From IMG/VR virus record IMGVR_UViG_3300006153_000003: a DNA stretch of 64,000 bases; one strand, given 5' to 3'. A program made the translations under genes and the position numbers. The notes beneath the pieces are model-generated. The model was not told the origin of the DNA. It saw only the letters and a list, made by a program, of their open reading frames with translations, and did not search any database. The DNA comes from a virus. Its lineage: Duplodnaviria > Caudoviricetes. Positions 40,263 through 49,761 of the stretch are shown piece after piece (positions within the stretch are counted from its first letter, which is position 1; the number at the start of each line of letters is the position of its first letter).

Positions 40263-40769
40263 TCACATATAATCTTTGATTCTATTTTCATTTGAATCAA
40301 TCAGATATAGATCTAACAATTTTGCATTCTCAGGTAATGTATAACTATATCTACATGGACGCTCAACAAAAAACTTTTTGATCCTTCCAACAATAATTTT
40401 TTCCCAGTAATCATTTAAAGGCTTCACTAATTGGATTGCTAAAGAGTTACAATCACCTACCATGTGATAAAATGTCATCTGCTCCCAATCATCCACATCT
40501 TGATATGTTTCCATTAAGTATTCATCTTTCAATTCGTAATCATCATAATAATCTTTTCTCTGAGAATTAAATTCCTCTTCCCAAAACAAATCCATCTCAT
40601 AATCGCCATGAAAATCGCCCATTTCCATCTGCACATTATCAAGAGTCCCCAAAGCATAACTTATCAATTCTCTTTCAAAATTTCCTGTGTAGCTGTTCGT
40701 CTTTATAATTAATTCAAAATTTGGAATCTGTGTTATTCTCATATTTCCCTCCGTTATATTCTCATACAA
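40263..40769 (-). CDS. Hypothetical phage protein
   Basis: GGAGGG RBS before the internal Met. Confidence 0.6.
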   Translation of the reverse strand: MYENITEGNMRITQIPNFELIIKTNSYTGNFERELISYALGTLDNVQMEMGDFHGDYEMDLFWEEEFNSQRKDYYDDYELKDEYLMETYQDVDDWEQMTFYHMVGDCNSLAIQLVKPLNDYWEKIIVGRIKKFFVERPCRYSYTLPENAKLLDLYLIDSNENRIKDYM

Positions 40770-41868
40770 AATCCATAAATTTCATATTAAAATATCTTTC
40801 TGCTAACCCAGGCATATCTCTTTCAACTTGTTTCAAATATCTCATTTCAGAACATTCTTTTTGATGTCTTGATTGCTGATACTCAACAAACTCCCTATAT
40901 GACTTCTTTTTAAAAGCACTGGGCTGATTACACCATGCAGCAAGATTTATATATGTACCTCTATACGGAGATTCTTCATATTTATTGAATCTCATTATGT
41001 AAGGCAAACACTGATATCTCATAAGTAACTCGATCCGTTTCCATAAGTCCCACAAATCTTGTTTCCAAAATTCATCATCCCATTTATCTTCTCTGTCAAA
41101 TCCGCAAAATGTATAAAACTTTGGAATCTTATCTGTGTGCTTTCTTAATAACTGCAACTTCTTTTCTATCAAGTCATAATCTGCCACATTATCAAACGCA
41201 AATATGTAATCTCCATCGTACTTACTTTTAAAAAGTACTTCACATTTCTCATCAGTAAGAAGTCTCTCATCCATGCCTTGCTTATACTGAAATGGTTTTC
41301 CTGTAGATTGTAATTCTTCAAAAATTTCTCGCCAGTGTGGACTCCCCAGGATATTATCATCCAATAAACATATCCTCTTTCTTGATGGATCAAGAAATTC
41401 ACTTAATGGACTATGACAAACCACTTTTTTGTAATTACGATTTACACAAAATTCACACTGTCTAAAGCATCCCCTTGTGGTATAGCCTAAGCTATAATCA
41501 AGATAATACTTAAAATCACTTCTCTTTTTCCCACTCTCAATCTGCTCATTTACCCAGTCATCATATAAATAATAATCCGGCATATGATGTTCTACTTCAT
41601 CGGGAAGCTTCGGAGCTTTATCATAAAAGAACCCCGTCCCTCCATAAGACACATTCCCCATCCCAAGGACACCCTCCGGCACTTCCGTATCCGTGAACAC
41701 CTTCGACACATACACCCGGTCAAACCTGTCCATCCCCTCATAATCCGTTTTCAGCGCCACATCATCCCCGCGCCCCTTGTGGTATCCCGATAGCTTCATG
41801 CAGGCAAGGTTCGGGAACCTGTGCTTCTTCCTACCTATTAGATCTGCATCTATAATTGCTACTTTCAA
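40762..41868 (-). CDS. Radical SAM protein with B12-binding-like N-terminus
   Basis: PNLACMKLS, GGTG, TTRGCFRQCEFC (CxxxCxxC) and LLDDN motifs. Confidence 0.8.
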   Translation of the reverse strand: MKVAIIDADLIGRKKHRFPNLACMKLSGYHKGRGDDVALKTDYEGMDRFDRVYVSKVFTDTEVPEGVLGMGNVSYGGTGFFYDKAPKLPDEVEHHMPDYYLYDDWVNEQIESGKKRSDFKYYLDYSLGYTTRGCFRQCEFCVNRNYKKVVCHSPLSEFLDPSRKRICLLDDNILGSPHWREIFEELQSTGKPFQYKQGMDERLLTDEKCEVLFKSKYDGDYIFAFDNVADYDLIEKKLQLLRKHTDKIPKFYTFCGFDREDKWDDEFWKQDLWDLWKRIELLMRYQCLPYIMRFNKYEESPYRGTYINLAAWCNQPSAFKKKSYREFVEYQQSRHQKECSEMRYLKQVERDMPGLAERYFNMKFMDFV

Positions 41869-41877
41869 TATTATCTA

Positions 41878-41921
41878 GGAGTAAAGTATACTTTTCTGTC
41901 ATGACAAACCTCTTTACCTCC
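41878..41921 (-). promoter_or_regulatory. Structured leader E1 (SD-sequestering stem with two internal palindromes)
   Basis: GGAGGTAAAG...CTTTACTCC arms enclosing TGTCATGACA and AAAGTATACTTT. Confidence 0.65.
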
Positions 41922-41924
41922 CGT

Positions 41925-42182
41925 TTAATCTCCTATTACTTTCCAAGTTTCCTTATCACAAATCATTGCATTTTCGCATACTTCCATCATTATATAAGGA
42001 AGATAATTTTCTTCTAAAATCTCATTAGCTACTTGAATAAACTGGTCTCTACTGTATTCAATCTCATTATGAGAATATTCGTCTTCGTAATCCCAGATAT
42101 CGAGATACTGTACACCGATGAATTGATTCCTTTGTATATCTCCTTTAAATCTCTCTAATTCTTCACTGCAAAGTAATGTCAA
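41925..42182 (-). CDS. Hypothetical phage protein
   Basis: AAGGAG RBS. Confidence 0.55.
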   Translation of the reverse strand: MTLLCSEELERFKGDIQRNQFIGVQYLDIWDYEDEYSHNEIEYSRDQFIQVANEILEENYLPYIMMEVCENAMICDKETWKVIGD

Positions 42183-42227
42183 AATTTTATTCTCCTTTAC
42201 ATTATTTCTTAAAATTTTATAAACTTA

Positions 42228-42257
42228 TTGACATATAATTATTATACATGCTATTAT
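42228..42257 (+). promoter_or_regulatory. Sigma-A-type promoter of a moron
   Basis: TTGACA-18-TATTAT with extended -10 TG. Confidence 0.65.
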
Positions 42258-42301
42258 TATATATGTAAATATTAAACATATATTTTTAAGGAGGGTCAAG
42301 T

Positions 42302-42709
42302 ATGCCTACATTTTCTTATGCCGGATTCTGTTCTTCATATTCTTTCAGAAACAGTACCAATAACACCGGCGCACAAGCTGTTTTCAATTTCCTGTGTAAA
42401 CCTGAAAATATTCACAGCATGATTATTTTTGCAAATTTGAAGTTGCCTGTTATCAGTGGAATCGTGAAAGAACTGGAAAATAATTTTTCGAATACCAGGC
42501 AGTTCCCTTTAACAAATCGTACAAACCGACAGACCGTGGGACGTATGATAAAATTCATTCTTGGACATTTTGGCTATGTACCAACGATTGGAAGTCCAGA
42601 TGCCCGGGCAAAACTTCGAAATTTTTCAGAAGCGGAATTATTCAAAATGTGCAGTCTGTATGAGCTCCAAAATACTCCCGTCAACTCTATCTCTATGAAA
42701 ATTATTTAA
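42302..42709 (+). CDS. Hypothetical moron protein
   Basis: Own promoter, AAGGAGG RBS and terminator hairpin at 42720-42746. Confidence 0.75.
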   Translation: MPTFSYAGFCSSYSFRNSTNNTGAQAVFNFLCKPENIHSMIIFANLKLPVISGIVKELENNFSNTRQFPLTNRTNRQTVGRMIKFILGHFGYVPTIGSPDARAKLRNFSEAELFKMCSLYELQNTPVNSISMKII

Positions 42710-42777
42710 TTTTTCTTCTATCCCCAGCATATGAATATGCTGGGATTTTTGATGAAAGCAAAATTTTAACTCCATAT

Positions 42778-43041
42778 TTATTTACTATCCCATGTACTAT
42801 CTTCTGAACCCGAAAAATATATAGTAACTCCAATTGTATTGTCATCAACTGTAAATTTTTCATGTCTATCATAGAAATATCCATCTTTTATATCAATATT
42901 AATATTATCAGAAGAAAAAATGGTTTTATTATATATTTCTATTTTGTCATTTTCATTCTCAAATGTACTACATCCTGTGCATCCTGTTAAGCACTCACAA
43001 ACGCAAAACACACATAAAAGTAATTTTATTTTTCTTTTCAT
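42778..43041 (-). CDS. Putative lipoprotein
   Basis: LTGC lipobox; bracketed by junction motifs at 42752 and 43064. Confidence 0.6.
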   Translation of the reverse strand: MKRKIKLLLCVFCVCECLTGCTGCSTFENENDKIEIYNKTIFSSDNINIDIKDGYFYDRHEKFTVDDNTIGVTIYFSGSEDSTWDSK

Positions 43042-43076
43042 AAAGTCACCTCCAATTTTACCAATGAAAGAGTTGT

Positions 43077-43412
43077 TTAATTCACTACATCTTTACACTT
43101 ATCATTGATAAAGTTTTCAATATCGTTTATTTCGATATCTAACCTAGAACGAATTCTTTTCTTTCTTTCCAAAACATTCAAAATCTTATCATCATAAATT
43201 GGTTTCACAATACTTTTATCCGTAGTTATATTAATTCCCCCTTTTGGTGAATCAGAAAGAAATATATTACCATTTTCGAATATTTCAGAAATGAACAAAT
43301 ATCCGCATCTCTTATATTCTTCCAATAAATATCCACAGATAGCACTTTCATTTTTAACTTTAACTTTTAACCCTACATAGAGTAACATTTTATTTCTCCT
43401 TTTAGTACCCAT
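43077..43412 (-). CDS. Hypothetical phage protein
   Basis: ORF in operon; AAGGAG RBS before the second Met. Confidence 0.55.
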   Translation of the reverse strand: MGTKRRNKMLLYVGLKVKVKNESAICGYLLEEYKRCGYLFISEIFENGNIFLSDSPKGGINITTDKSIVKPIYDDKILNVLERKKRIRSRLDIEINDIENFINDKCKDVVN

Positions 43413-43422
43413 AAAATAAAAT

Positions 43423-43674
43423 CTATCCTAAAGCTTGAAATTTTGTATATCCTAAAATTTTCCAATTATCAGGCGAAGTATCTTGAATACCACAGCTTTT
43501 TGTTTCATCTGCAAAAAATGGACACTCACTGTTACAATCAGTATCATTTATCAAATTGTCTTCACAAACCTGTTTAATAATTTTTAACGATGTTATGATA
43601 CTCTTACCATTTACTTCTATTCCGTCTATTACTTTTTTCATTTTCCCTCCACTGTTTAATCTACAGTCCACCAA
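43423..43674 (-). CDS. Hypothetical Cys-containing phage protein
   Basis: GGAGGG RBS before the internal Met. Confidence 0.55.
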   Translation of the reverse strand: MVDCRLNSGGKMKKVIDGIEVNGKSIITSLKIIKQVCEDNLINDTDCNSECPFFADETKSCGIQDTSPDNWKILGYTKFQALG

Positions 43675-44108
43675 TAATCGAAGATTTTCTTAAATTGATT
43701 CCCTTTATAATGAATTTCTCCTTTATAATTTCTAACACATCGATTGGCATGTTTCTTACAAAATGCGTATCTATTCCCTTTACGATTTCCACGATAGCAT
43801 CTCTTATAATATGGTTTTGGATTTTTCACATATCCTTGTCCTTTAATCCAAATCTCATCAGTATATATAGCTGGAGATGGATATCCTTGAATATTCTCAG
43901 CAAGAAATTTGAGATGGTTCCTGTATTTCTGATCACATTCTCTTTTATTTCTTCTCTTTTGCTTAGAATGGTTTTTATCAATTATCAGTTCAATATATGC
44001 ATCCTCACAATATCCATATAGTAAATTCTTACCACCAACCTTATCACAATATTGTCCACCTAATTCATCTTTATAATATGGACAATTTTCACAATTCAAA
44101 CACATCAT
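43656..44108 (-). CDS. Hypothetical basic phage protein
   Basis: CLNCENC N-terminus; basic C-terminus. Confidence 0.55.
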   Translation of the reverse strand: MMCLNCENCPYYKDELGGQYCDKVGGKNLLYGYCEDAYIELIIDKNHSKQKRRNKRECDQKYRNHLKFLAENIQGYPSPAIYTDEIWIKGQGYVKNPKPYYKRCYRGNRKGNRYAFCKKHANRCVRNYKGEIHYKGNQFKKIFDYWWTVD

Positions 44109-44146
44109 CTCCTTGCTATAAAACCGATGTTTAATCTTATATGTAT

Positions 44147-44968
44147 TTATTCTTCTTCCCCAAAATTAAGCATCTCATCTTTTGCTCTTTGATAAAAAAT
44201 ACGATCAATTTCAAATCCATATGTACTTCTACCCAATTCATATGCTGCTCTTAGAGTAGTGCCAGAACCAGCACACGGATCTATAACTACATCACCAGGA
44301 TCAGTAAATATTTCAATCAATCTTTTTAAAACTGCAACCGGCTTCTGAGCAGGATGAATTTTAGGAATTTCTTTACCATCTTTCTTCCACTCAAACCAGT
44401 TAAAAATCATATGTCCTGTCCCTGGGATATTTTTGCCATTCTCATCGATCTGAAGACCATTTCTGAATTTTGGTAATTTATCACGATACAAAAGTAAAGC
44501 ATATTCTGTAGCTCCTACAACACGCATATTTGCTTTAAGTACCTGTGGACTGTAGTTCTTGCAAAATACAAGTGGTATAAAATGAATAAATCCATGCTTC
44601 TTTGATGCATTGATGAGAGTCTGAATCTGCTCAAAAGAACAAAATACAATCATACATGGCGAATTACTACTTCGTCCTCTCGGCACAGGCTTAATATCAT
44701 CTTTTTTCAACATCTTAGAGCAAAAATGAAAATACTCATAAAGATTAAAATTAAAATCCGAGTTAAAGGCCGCTTTCCCTGCTAATTTACTTTCTCCATT
44801 CTTACTGTCTCCGTTTTTATACCACATTGGATTTGATCCATAAAAATTATTCCCAACATTATAAGGAACATCGGCTATAATTAGTTGAGCTGGCCGGATT
44901 GCATATTTCTTGTAATTTTGCATACTGTCTCTATATAATTCACACTTAATTTTTCTTTTATGTTCCAT
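44147..44968 (-). CDS. DNA N6-adenine/N4-cytosine methyltransferase (beta-class motif order)
   Basis: ADVPY catalytic motif, HPAQKP, DPCAGSGTT. Confidence 0.92.
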   Translation of the reverse strand: MEHKRKIKCELYRDSMQNYKKYAIRPAQLIIADVPYNVGNNFYGSNPMWYKNGDSKNGESKLAGKAAFNSDFNFNLYEYFHFCSKMLKKDDIKPVPRGRSSNSPCMIVFCSFEQIQTLINASKKHGFIHFIPLVFCKNYSPQVLKANMRVVGATEYALLLYRDKLPKFRNGLQIDENGKNIPGTGHMIFNWFEWKKDGKEIPKIHPAQKPVAVLKRLIEIFTDPGDVVIDPCAGSGTTLRAAYELGRSTYGFEIDRIFYQRAKDEMLNFGEEE

Positions 44969-44972
44969 CTAT

Positions 44973-45026
44973 AATAAAGAGTAAATCATGATTTATTCTG
45001 CGCAGAAACCTCATTTCCTCCTTATT
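44973..45026 (-). promoter_or_regulatory. Structured leader E2
   Basis: AATAAGGAGGAAAT...ATTTACTCTTTATT arms enclosing TTCTGCGCAGAA and TAAATCATGATTTA. Confidence 0.65.
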
Positions 45027-45028
45027 TT

Positions 45029-45550
45029 TTACCTTGATCTTGCTAAATATTTACATAATTTTTTTCTTACTCTTGAAACCTGAGATTGTGAACAACCAAC
45101 TATTCTACCAATTTCTCTTTGTTTATATCCTTCGCTGATAAGAATAAAAATCTGTTTATCTCTATCTTTAAGCTTAGTCACATATTCCTCAAAAATAATT
45201 TCTGATAATACACTTTCTTCAACATTTTCTTTCGACGGGATATGATTTACAAAGGTAGATGTACCTTCACCATTACTATCCCCAAATTCAGCTTGATAAT
45301 AAACAACCTGATGATCTTGTATTCTTTTCATAGCCTTTTTATTTCTAACTTGCATAAATACTGTTGTAAACATACATTTATATGCGTACGTTGAAAATTT
45401 TGATTTGCTATCATCAAATTTACTACCGGCTTCACAAAGCCCAATTGCTGCTAAATCATAATAATCTTCGATAGATAAATGATACTTTTGTAAAAATGAA
45501 TATATCAAATTATGGTTCTCTTCTACTAATTTTCTTTGTTCTTCTGTGAT
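45029..45550 (-). CDS. Sigma-70-family sigma factor (probable ATC start)
   Basis: Region 2 (DLAAIGL..A..KFD...KFSTYA) and region 4 HTH (QREIG...SQSQVSR); GGAGGTG ahead of ATC at 45550. Confidence 0.85.
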   Translation of the reverse strand: MTEEQRKLVEENHNLIYSFLQKYHLSIEDYYDLAAIGLCEAGSKFDDSKSKFSTYAYKCMFTTVFMQVRNKKAMKRIQDHQVVYYQAEFGDSNGEGTSTFVNHIPSKENVEESVLSEIIFEEYVTKLKDRDKQIFILISEGYKQREIGRIVGCSQSQVSRVRKKLCKYLARSR

Positions 45551-45599
45551 TTAAAATCACCTCCTTACCAGTTGAATCGAAATTTTTATTTCCATTTAC

Positions 45600-46634
45600 T
45601 TATTTCTCATTCATCTTTTTACAAAATTCTCTATATTGTCTGGTATACTCATAAGTATCACCAAAAATATTATTCACAGCTTTATATAATTTCGGTTCAA
45701 AATTTTTTATCACTTCTAATTCATGCTCAAAATCTCTACCATATGAGCAACCTGCACACCCCGTTCTTTTTAACCCATAATCTGTATAACATTTGCTATG
45801 TATAATATGATAATGTTTATCATAATCTTCTTTATCTGCATTCTTATACCAAAATAAAGGTCTATAATTATCACAGTCATTTTCATTTTCGTCAAAGCAA
45901 CTTTTATATGCAGTTGCCCTGGCACCACCTTCTGCTTTTCTTATTCCAAGTATATTTAGATCATAATCAAATTCCGAAATTATTCTATGAGATACATCTT
46001 TTTTAGCATATTGGCAGCAAAGATTTGATATTTTAAACTGAGGTGGATTTTCAAGAATAAATTCTTTTAACCATTTATTCTGTGTAATGTTAAAATGGCT
46101 ATTTCCTCCTTTGGACTCACACCACCACTCTAAAGCCGATTTACATCCTACCCAACAGCTTTTCTTTTCATTCCATTTACAATATTTGGGGAGTAATTTC
46201 TCTATAGGTTCATCTTCCCATCCAAAGTTATGATTTTGAAGTCTACTCATAAATTCGCTGACTTGTTTTGATAAAAAGGGTTGTCCATATTCTCTACAGC
46301 AAGTAGGAATTGCTTTTACTGCTTTATATGTCTTTATTTCAATTCCATATTTTTCTCTAAGATATTTCAAATGATCTTTTGTCGCCTGGTATTCTAAACC
46401 AGTATCAAACCAAACATAATCTATCTTCTTGTCTTTATCACACCTGATACAAATATCAAGCATTATATCGCTATCAGATCCTCCGGATATCGCACATACG
46501 ATTTTTTTATATTTACTACTATTTATCTTTGCCCATACTCTTACCAGGTTATCTCCTATAATCTGATTTTTAGGACAGTTCTCTAATAGTCCTATTAAAT
46601 TTTTTTCACCCAATATGTATCTTTCCTCACGCAA
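45600..46634 (-). CDS. PAPS reductase-family (PP-loop) protein
   Basis: SGGSDS, DTGLE, CC..AKK, GIRKAEG..R and RTGCAGC motifs. Confidence 0.85.
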   Translation of the reverse strand: MREERYILGEKNLIGLLENCPKNQIIGDNLVRVWAKINSSKYKKIVCAISGGSDSDIMLDICIRCDKDKKIDYVWFDTGLEYQATKDHLKYLREKYGIEIKTYKAVKAIPTCCREYGQPFLSKQVSEFMSRLQNHNFGWEDEPIEKLLPKYCKWNEKKSCWVGCKSALEWWCESKGGNSHFNITQNKWLKEFILENPPQFKISNLCCQYAKKDVSHRIISEFDYDLNILGIRKAEGGARATAYKSCFDENENDCDNYRPLFWYKNADKEDYDKHYHIIHSKCYTDYGLKRTGCAGCSYGRDFEHELEVIKNFEPKLYKAVNNIFGDTYEYTRQYREFCKKMNEK

Positions 46635-46814
46635 TTAATCTACGTTTACGTGAGGTAAAGCCATACTTTATTCACAAATTATATTCGTATTCGTGGGTGT
46701 CTTTTTACGTCACTACCACATAACTTTTTCGATCATTTATCATCAACGTGCCATAATAAATAATCTTGTGACAACCTTTATTGGCTAAAGGTTATAAATA
46801 CTTTGGGTGATAGT

Positions 46815-47171
46815 CTAACCAATCTGTAGCACAGCATCTCCTACATATTCTACATTTAATACTTGTATATTTTTGATGGATATTTTGTGTTTTGACTCAT
46901 AATCTCTTGCAAACATATCAGCCCACATATCATCATATTCTTGTTCACCAGCATTATTTAGAATCATATATTTTTCAGATTCTTTGTAATTATTCTTCTC
47001 AGTCTCATATCCTACAGATACTTTATAAACCGGAAGTTCTAATTTTGATTTAATAAAGTTTCTCGGATGAATATTCATTAGCTTTTTCTTTAAACTGTCA
47101 TCAAAGATCTCAAATACATCAATCCCAGTTCTTATTGTACACCATTCAAAAAACTTACTTGGATGTAGCAC
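46815..47171 (-). CDS. Hypothetical phage protein
   Basis: GGAGGTG RBS. Confidence 0.6.
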   Translation of the reverse strand: MLHPSKFFEWCTIRTGIDVFEIFDDSLKKKLMNIHPRNFIKSKLELPVYKVSVGYETEKNNYKESEKYMILNNAGEQEYDDMWADMFARDYESKHKISIKNIQVLNVEYVGDAVLQIG

Positions 47172-47195
47172 TACTTTTCACCACCTCCTGTCAAA

Positions 47196-47852
47196 TTAAT
47201 TATTTTTCATTCTATAAGAATATTTATTATATCCGGGTTTTACATATCCTACAGGTTCATTAAATGCTCTCTCAATATCCCACCCTCTTGCCAAACGAGT
47301 TTGCAAACATCCACGCTTAAATCCCAAAATATTTTCCCATTCTTTCAAAGTATGAGTTTCGCCATTATAACAAATATTCTTATTATTTCTTCTATTGTTT
47401 TCTTGTACTTTCATTGTCACCCAACGACAATTTTGTGGAGAGTAATTTTCGTCAACATTTATCCTATCAATAGTTAAATTATCTTCATATCCGTTATTTA
47501 TAGACCATTTATAAAATTTAAGAAAACCACCTTTACCCAACCACTCTTTACAAATGGATATTGAACGTCCACCATAATGCTCATACTCTTTCGCATTTTT
47601 ATTAAAGCATCTTTGAATCATATTATAATAAATTTTATAAATTCTTGTTTTAGAAAGCTTATGTGTAGACCTTAATTCTCTAGCAAGACAACCACAACTT
47701 CGTGTATGCCCATTAGTCAAATTATTTATCACAACTCTTGTGACATTTCCACATTCACAATTACATAACCATATATACGATCCATGTTTTGTTTTAGCGA
47801 TAGGCTTAACTGCAGTTAGTCTTCCAAATTTTTCTCCTTTAATATTCTTAAT
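47196..47852 (-). CDS. HNH-type homing endonuclease-like protein (probable ATT start)
   Basis: GEKFGRLT, WLCNCECG, SCGC, YGGR, TIDRI and NYSPQNCRW motifs; frame extends to ATT at 47852 behind GAGGAGG. Confidence 0.8.
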   Translation of the reverse strand: MKNIKGEKFGRLTAVKPIAKTKHGSYIWLCNCECGNVTRVVINNLTNGHTRSCGCLARELRSTHKLSKTRIYKIYYNMIQRCFNKNAKEYEHYGGRSISICKEWLGKGGFLKFYKWSINNGYEDNLTIDRINVDENYSPQNCRWVTMKVQENNRRNNKNICYNGETHTLKEWENILGFKRGCLQTRLARGWDIERAFNEPVGYVKPGYNKYSYRMKNN

Positions 47853-48650
47853 CTTTTCTCCTCCTCTTTCATTACTCTATTTCGTCCCAGCTCAAATATC
47901 TCTTTATCCTTTTCAATACAAATAACTCTACGATTTGTATTAATCCCAGCAATGGCACACGTCATACTTCCAGCTGTGGAATCAAGTACAATATCTCCTT
48001 CATTTGTATATGTCTTCATAAAATACTCATAAATCTCCACAGGTTTCTGTGTCCTATGAATTTTATTAGATTGATCTGCATTACTAAAAATCTGCACATC
48101 AAGAGGATATCTATCTGTACTATCATAAGAAGTCTTTCTTACTTCTCTTCCATAGCAGCTATTTCCATCAGCTTCCCTAATATAATTTGTCTTTGCCACT
48201 TTTCTTTTATGTCCATGAGTCATCTGTGGGTTATATGTAGGTGGCTTCTTATAAAACACTTCTATGTTTTCATGTGCCCTCATTGGCATTTTCTTAGCAT
48301 TAAGATGCCCTTTAGGATGTGTTTTATTCCATATCCATTCATATCTAAACATCTTGGGGTTACTCATTACAAGAGCTGAGGTAAATGGTTGACTACTAAA
48401 GAGAAGAATTGCTCCATTATCTTTGATAATCCTGCAATATTGTTCCCATAATGGTTCAAAAGGAATTATTGTATCCCACTTACATTGAGTTGTACTAACC
48501 ATACGGGAGATCCGCGATTATGCAATCTATTGATTTATCTGGTATATAGCTCATAACATTCAAACAATCTCCGCATATCAATATATTATCTCGGAAACCC
48601 GTATTATCAGACACCTCACTTTCATTTAAAATCTTGTACATATTTATCAA
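47816..48650 (-). pseudogene. DNA N4/N6 methyltransferase split by a 4-nt insertion
   Basis: 5' part (48495-48650) reads GDCL...ADLPYG then stop; the rest (TTQCKWD...HRTQKP...DSTAGS) is in the next frame. Confidence 0.8.
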
Positions 48651-48662
48651 ATATATATTCAC

Positions 48663-48709
48663 CAGAAAGGCATGTCCATCTCACGGCTGCAGCACCTTTA
48701 TCCTTTCTG
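48663..48709 (-). promoter_or_regulatory. Structured leader E3
   Basis: CAGAAAGG...CCTTTCTG arms enclosing the palindrome GCTGCAGC. Confidence 0.65.
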
Positions 48710-48736
48710 TATTATTTTCTATATTGTTTTCTATAT

Positions 48737-49192
48737 TTAATCTAAATCTCCACAATGCACTAATGTGTTGCCACATCTAGGACATAATGTTTCACCTATG
48801 CCACCACTCCAACTTTCATACCATGGAGAAACCCATCTATTACAATGATGGCAAAACCAATCATAACAAATACTTCCGCTATATTTAATATCAGAGCTTC
48901 CGTATTTAGACTTACTATAAACAATTCTCCGTAGTCTTTCCTTTTCTTCTATTGCCTTTCTTTTTCGCTCTTCTATTTCCTTTTCTCTACGTTCTTCTTC
49001 TATCCATTTCAATTCTTGTTCTGAATATTCGTAGTCATCATCATACATCCCTTCAAATATTTCTTCTTCACCATTCCAACTACAGCATGGAGGTTCTATT
49101 GGTACACCACTCGCTCCCGAAGTCCAACCACCAATACAATCGTTTTGGTACAAAGGACATTCACTACAGTCTGTAATATTTTTTGCCTTAAT
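48737..49192 (-). CDS. Cys-rich hypothetical protein (probable ATT start)
   Basis: GGAGGTG ahead of ATT; CSEC, CHHC and CPRC motifs. Confidence 0.6.
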   Translation of the reverse strand: MKAKNITDCSECPLYQNDCIGGWTSGASGVPIEPPCCSWNGEEEIFEGMYDDDYEYSEQELKWIEEERREKEIEERKRKAIEEKERLRRIVYSKSKYGSSDIKYSGSICYDWFCHHCNRWVSPWYESWSGGIGETLCPRCGNTLVHCGDLD

Positions 49193-49235
49193 TTATATCA
49201 CCTCCAATCAAATGAAACAGATTTTTCATCTATAT

Positions 49236-49613
49236 TTATTCTTCTATCTTTTTGCATTTTATTTCGAAAAAGATCTTCATCCTTTCCTCTTCAACTCTTG
49301 TTTCTGCAAGTCTGCTTAAAAGATCAAGACAAGCACTTTTACAATTTATATGTGTTATTACATTATGCTTTTGCCCTCTTTCACCACCATATACAATCCA
49401 AGTGTCCCCTTTCTTTTCAAGACAAACTGTTTCTTCTGCATATCCTCCAAGAGAATAAAAATTTTCAGGAATGCCAAACTCTTTTAATATTTCGATTAAC
49501 ACATCTTGTATTTTTTCTTCCATCAATTTCATAGTCTCAGCTCCTTCAACACCATAACGGTAATAAAAATGCCCACAAGCATGTAGGTGACTTCGTAAAA
49601 TATACTCCTGCAA
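49236..49613 (-). CDS. Hypothetical protein, polymorphic-toxin-immunity-like (probable start at MKLMEEK)
   Basis: GIPENFYSL, W.VY..ERG pattern; function tentative. Confidence 0.45.
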   Translation of the reverse strand: MQEYILRSHLHACGHFYYRYGVEGAETMKLMEEKIQDVLIEILKEFGIPENFYSLGGYAEETVCLEKKGDTWIVYGGERGQKHNVITHINCKSACLDLLSRLAETRVEEERMKIFFEIKCKKIEE

Positions 49614-49761
49614 TAACTCCTATCGCAGTCGTGATCCACGCAGCTATTTGTACTTTCCAACGATTATCTATGTTTTTCACCTCCTACTTAAAATTTCCTT
49701 TAATATCTATACATATTTTTTTCACTTATACAAACACTACCTATGAAAGGAGTGTGTACGC

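Noticed and set aside
48495-48497. Genome-wide TAG reassignment
   Set aside because: Read-through hits TAA four codons later, and many intact genes end in TAG.
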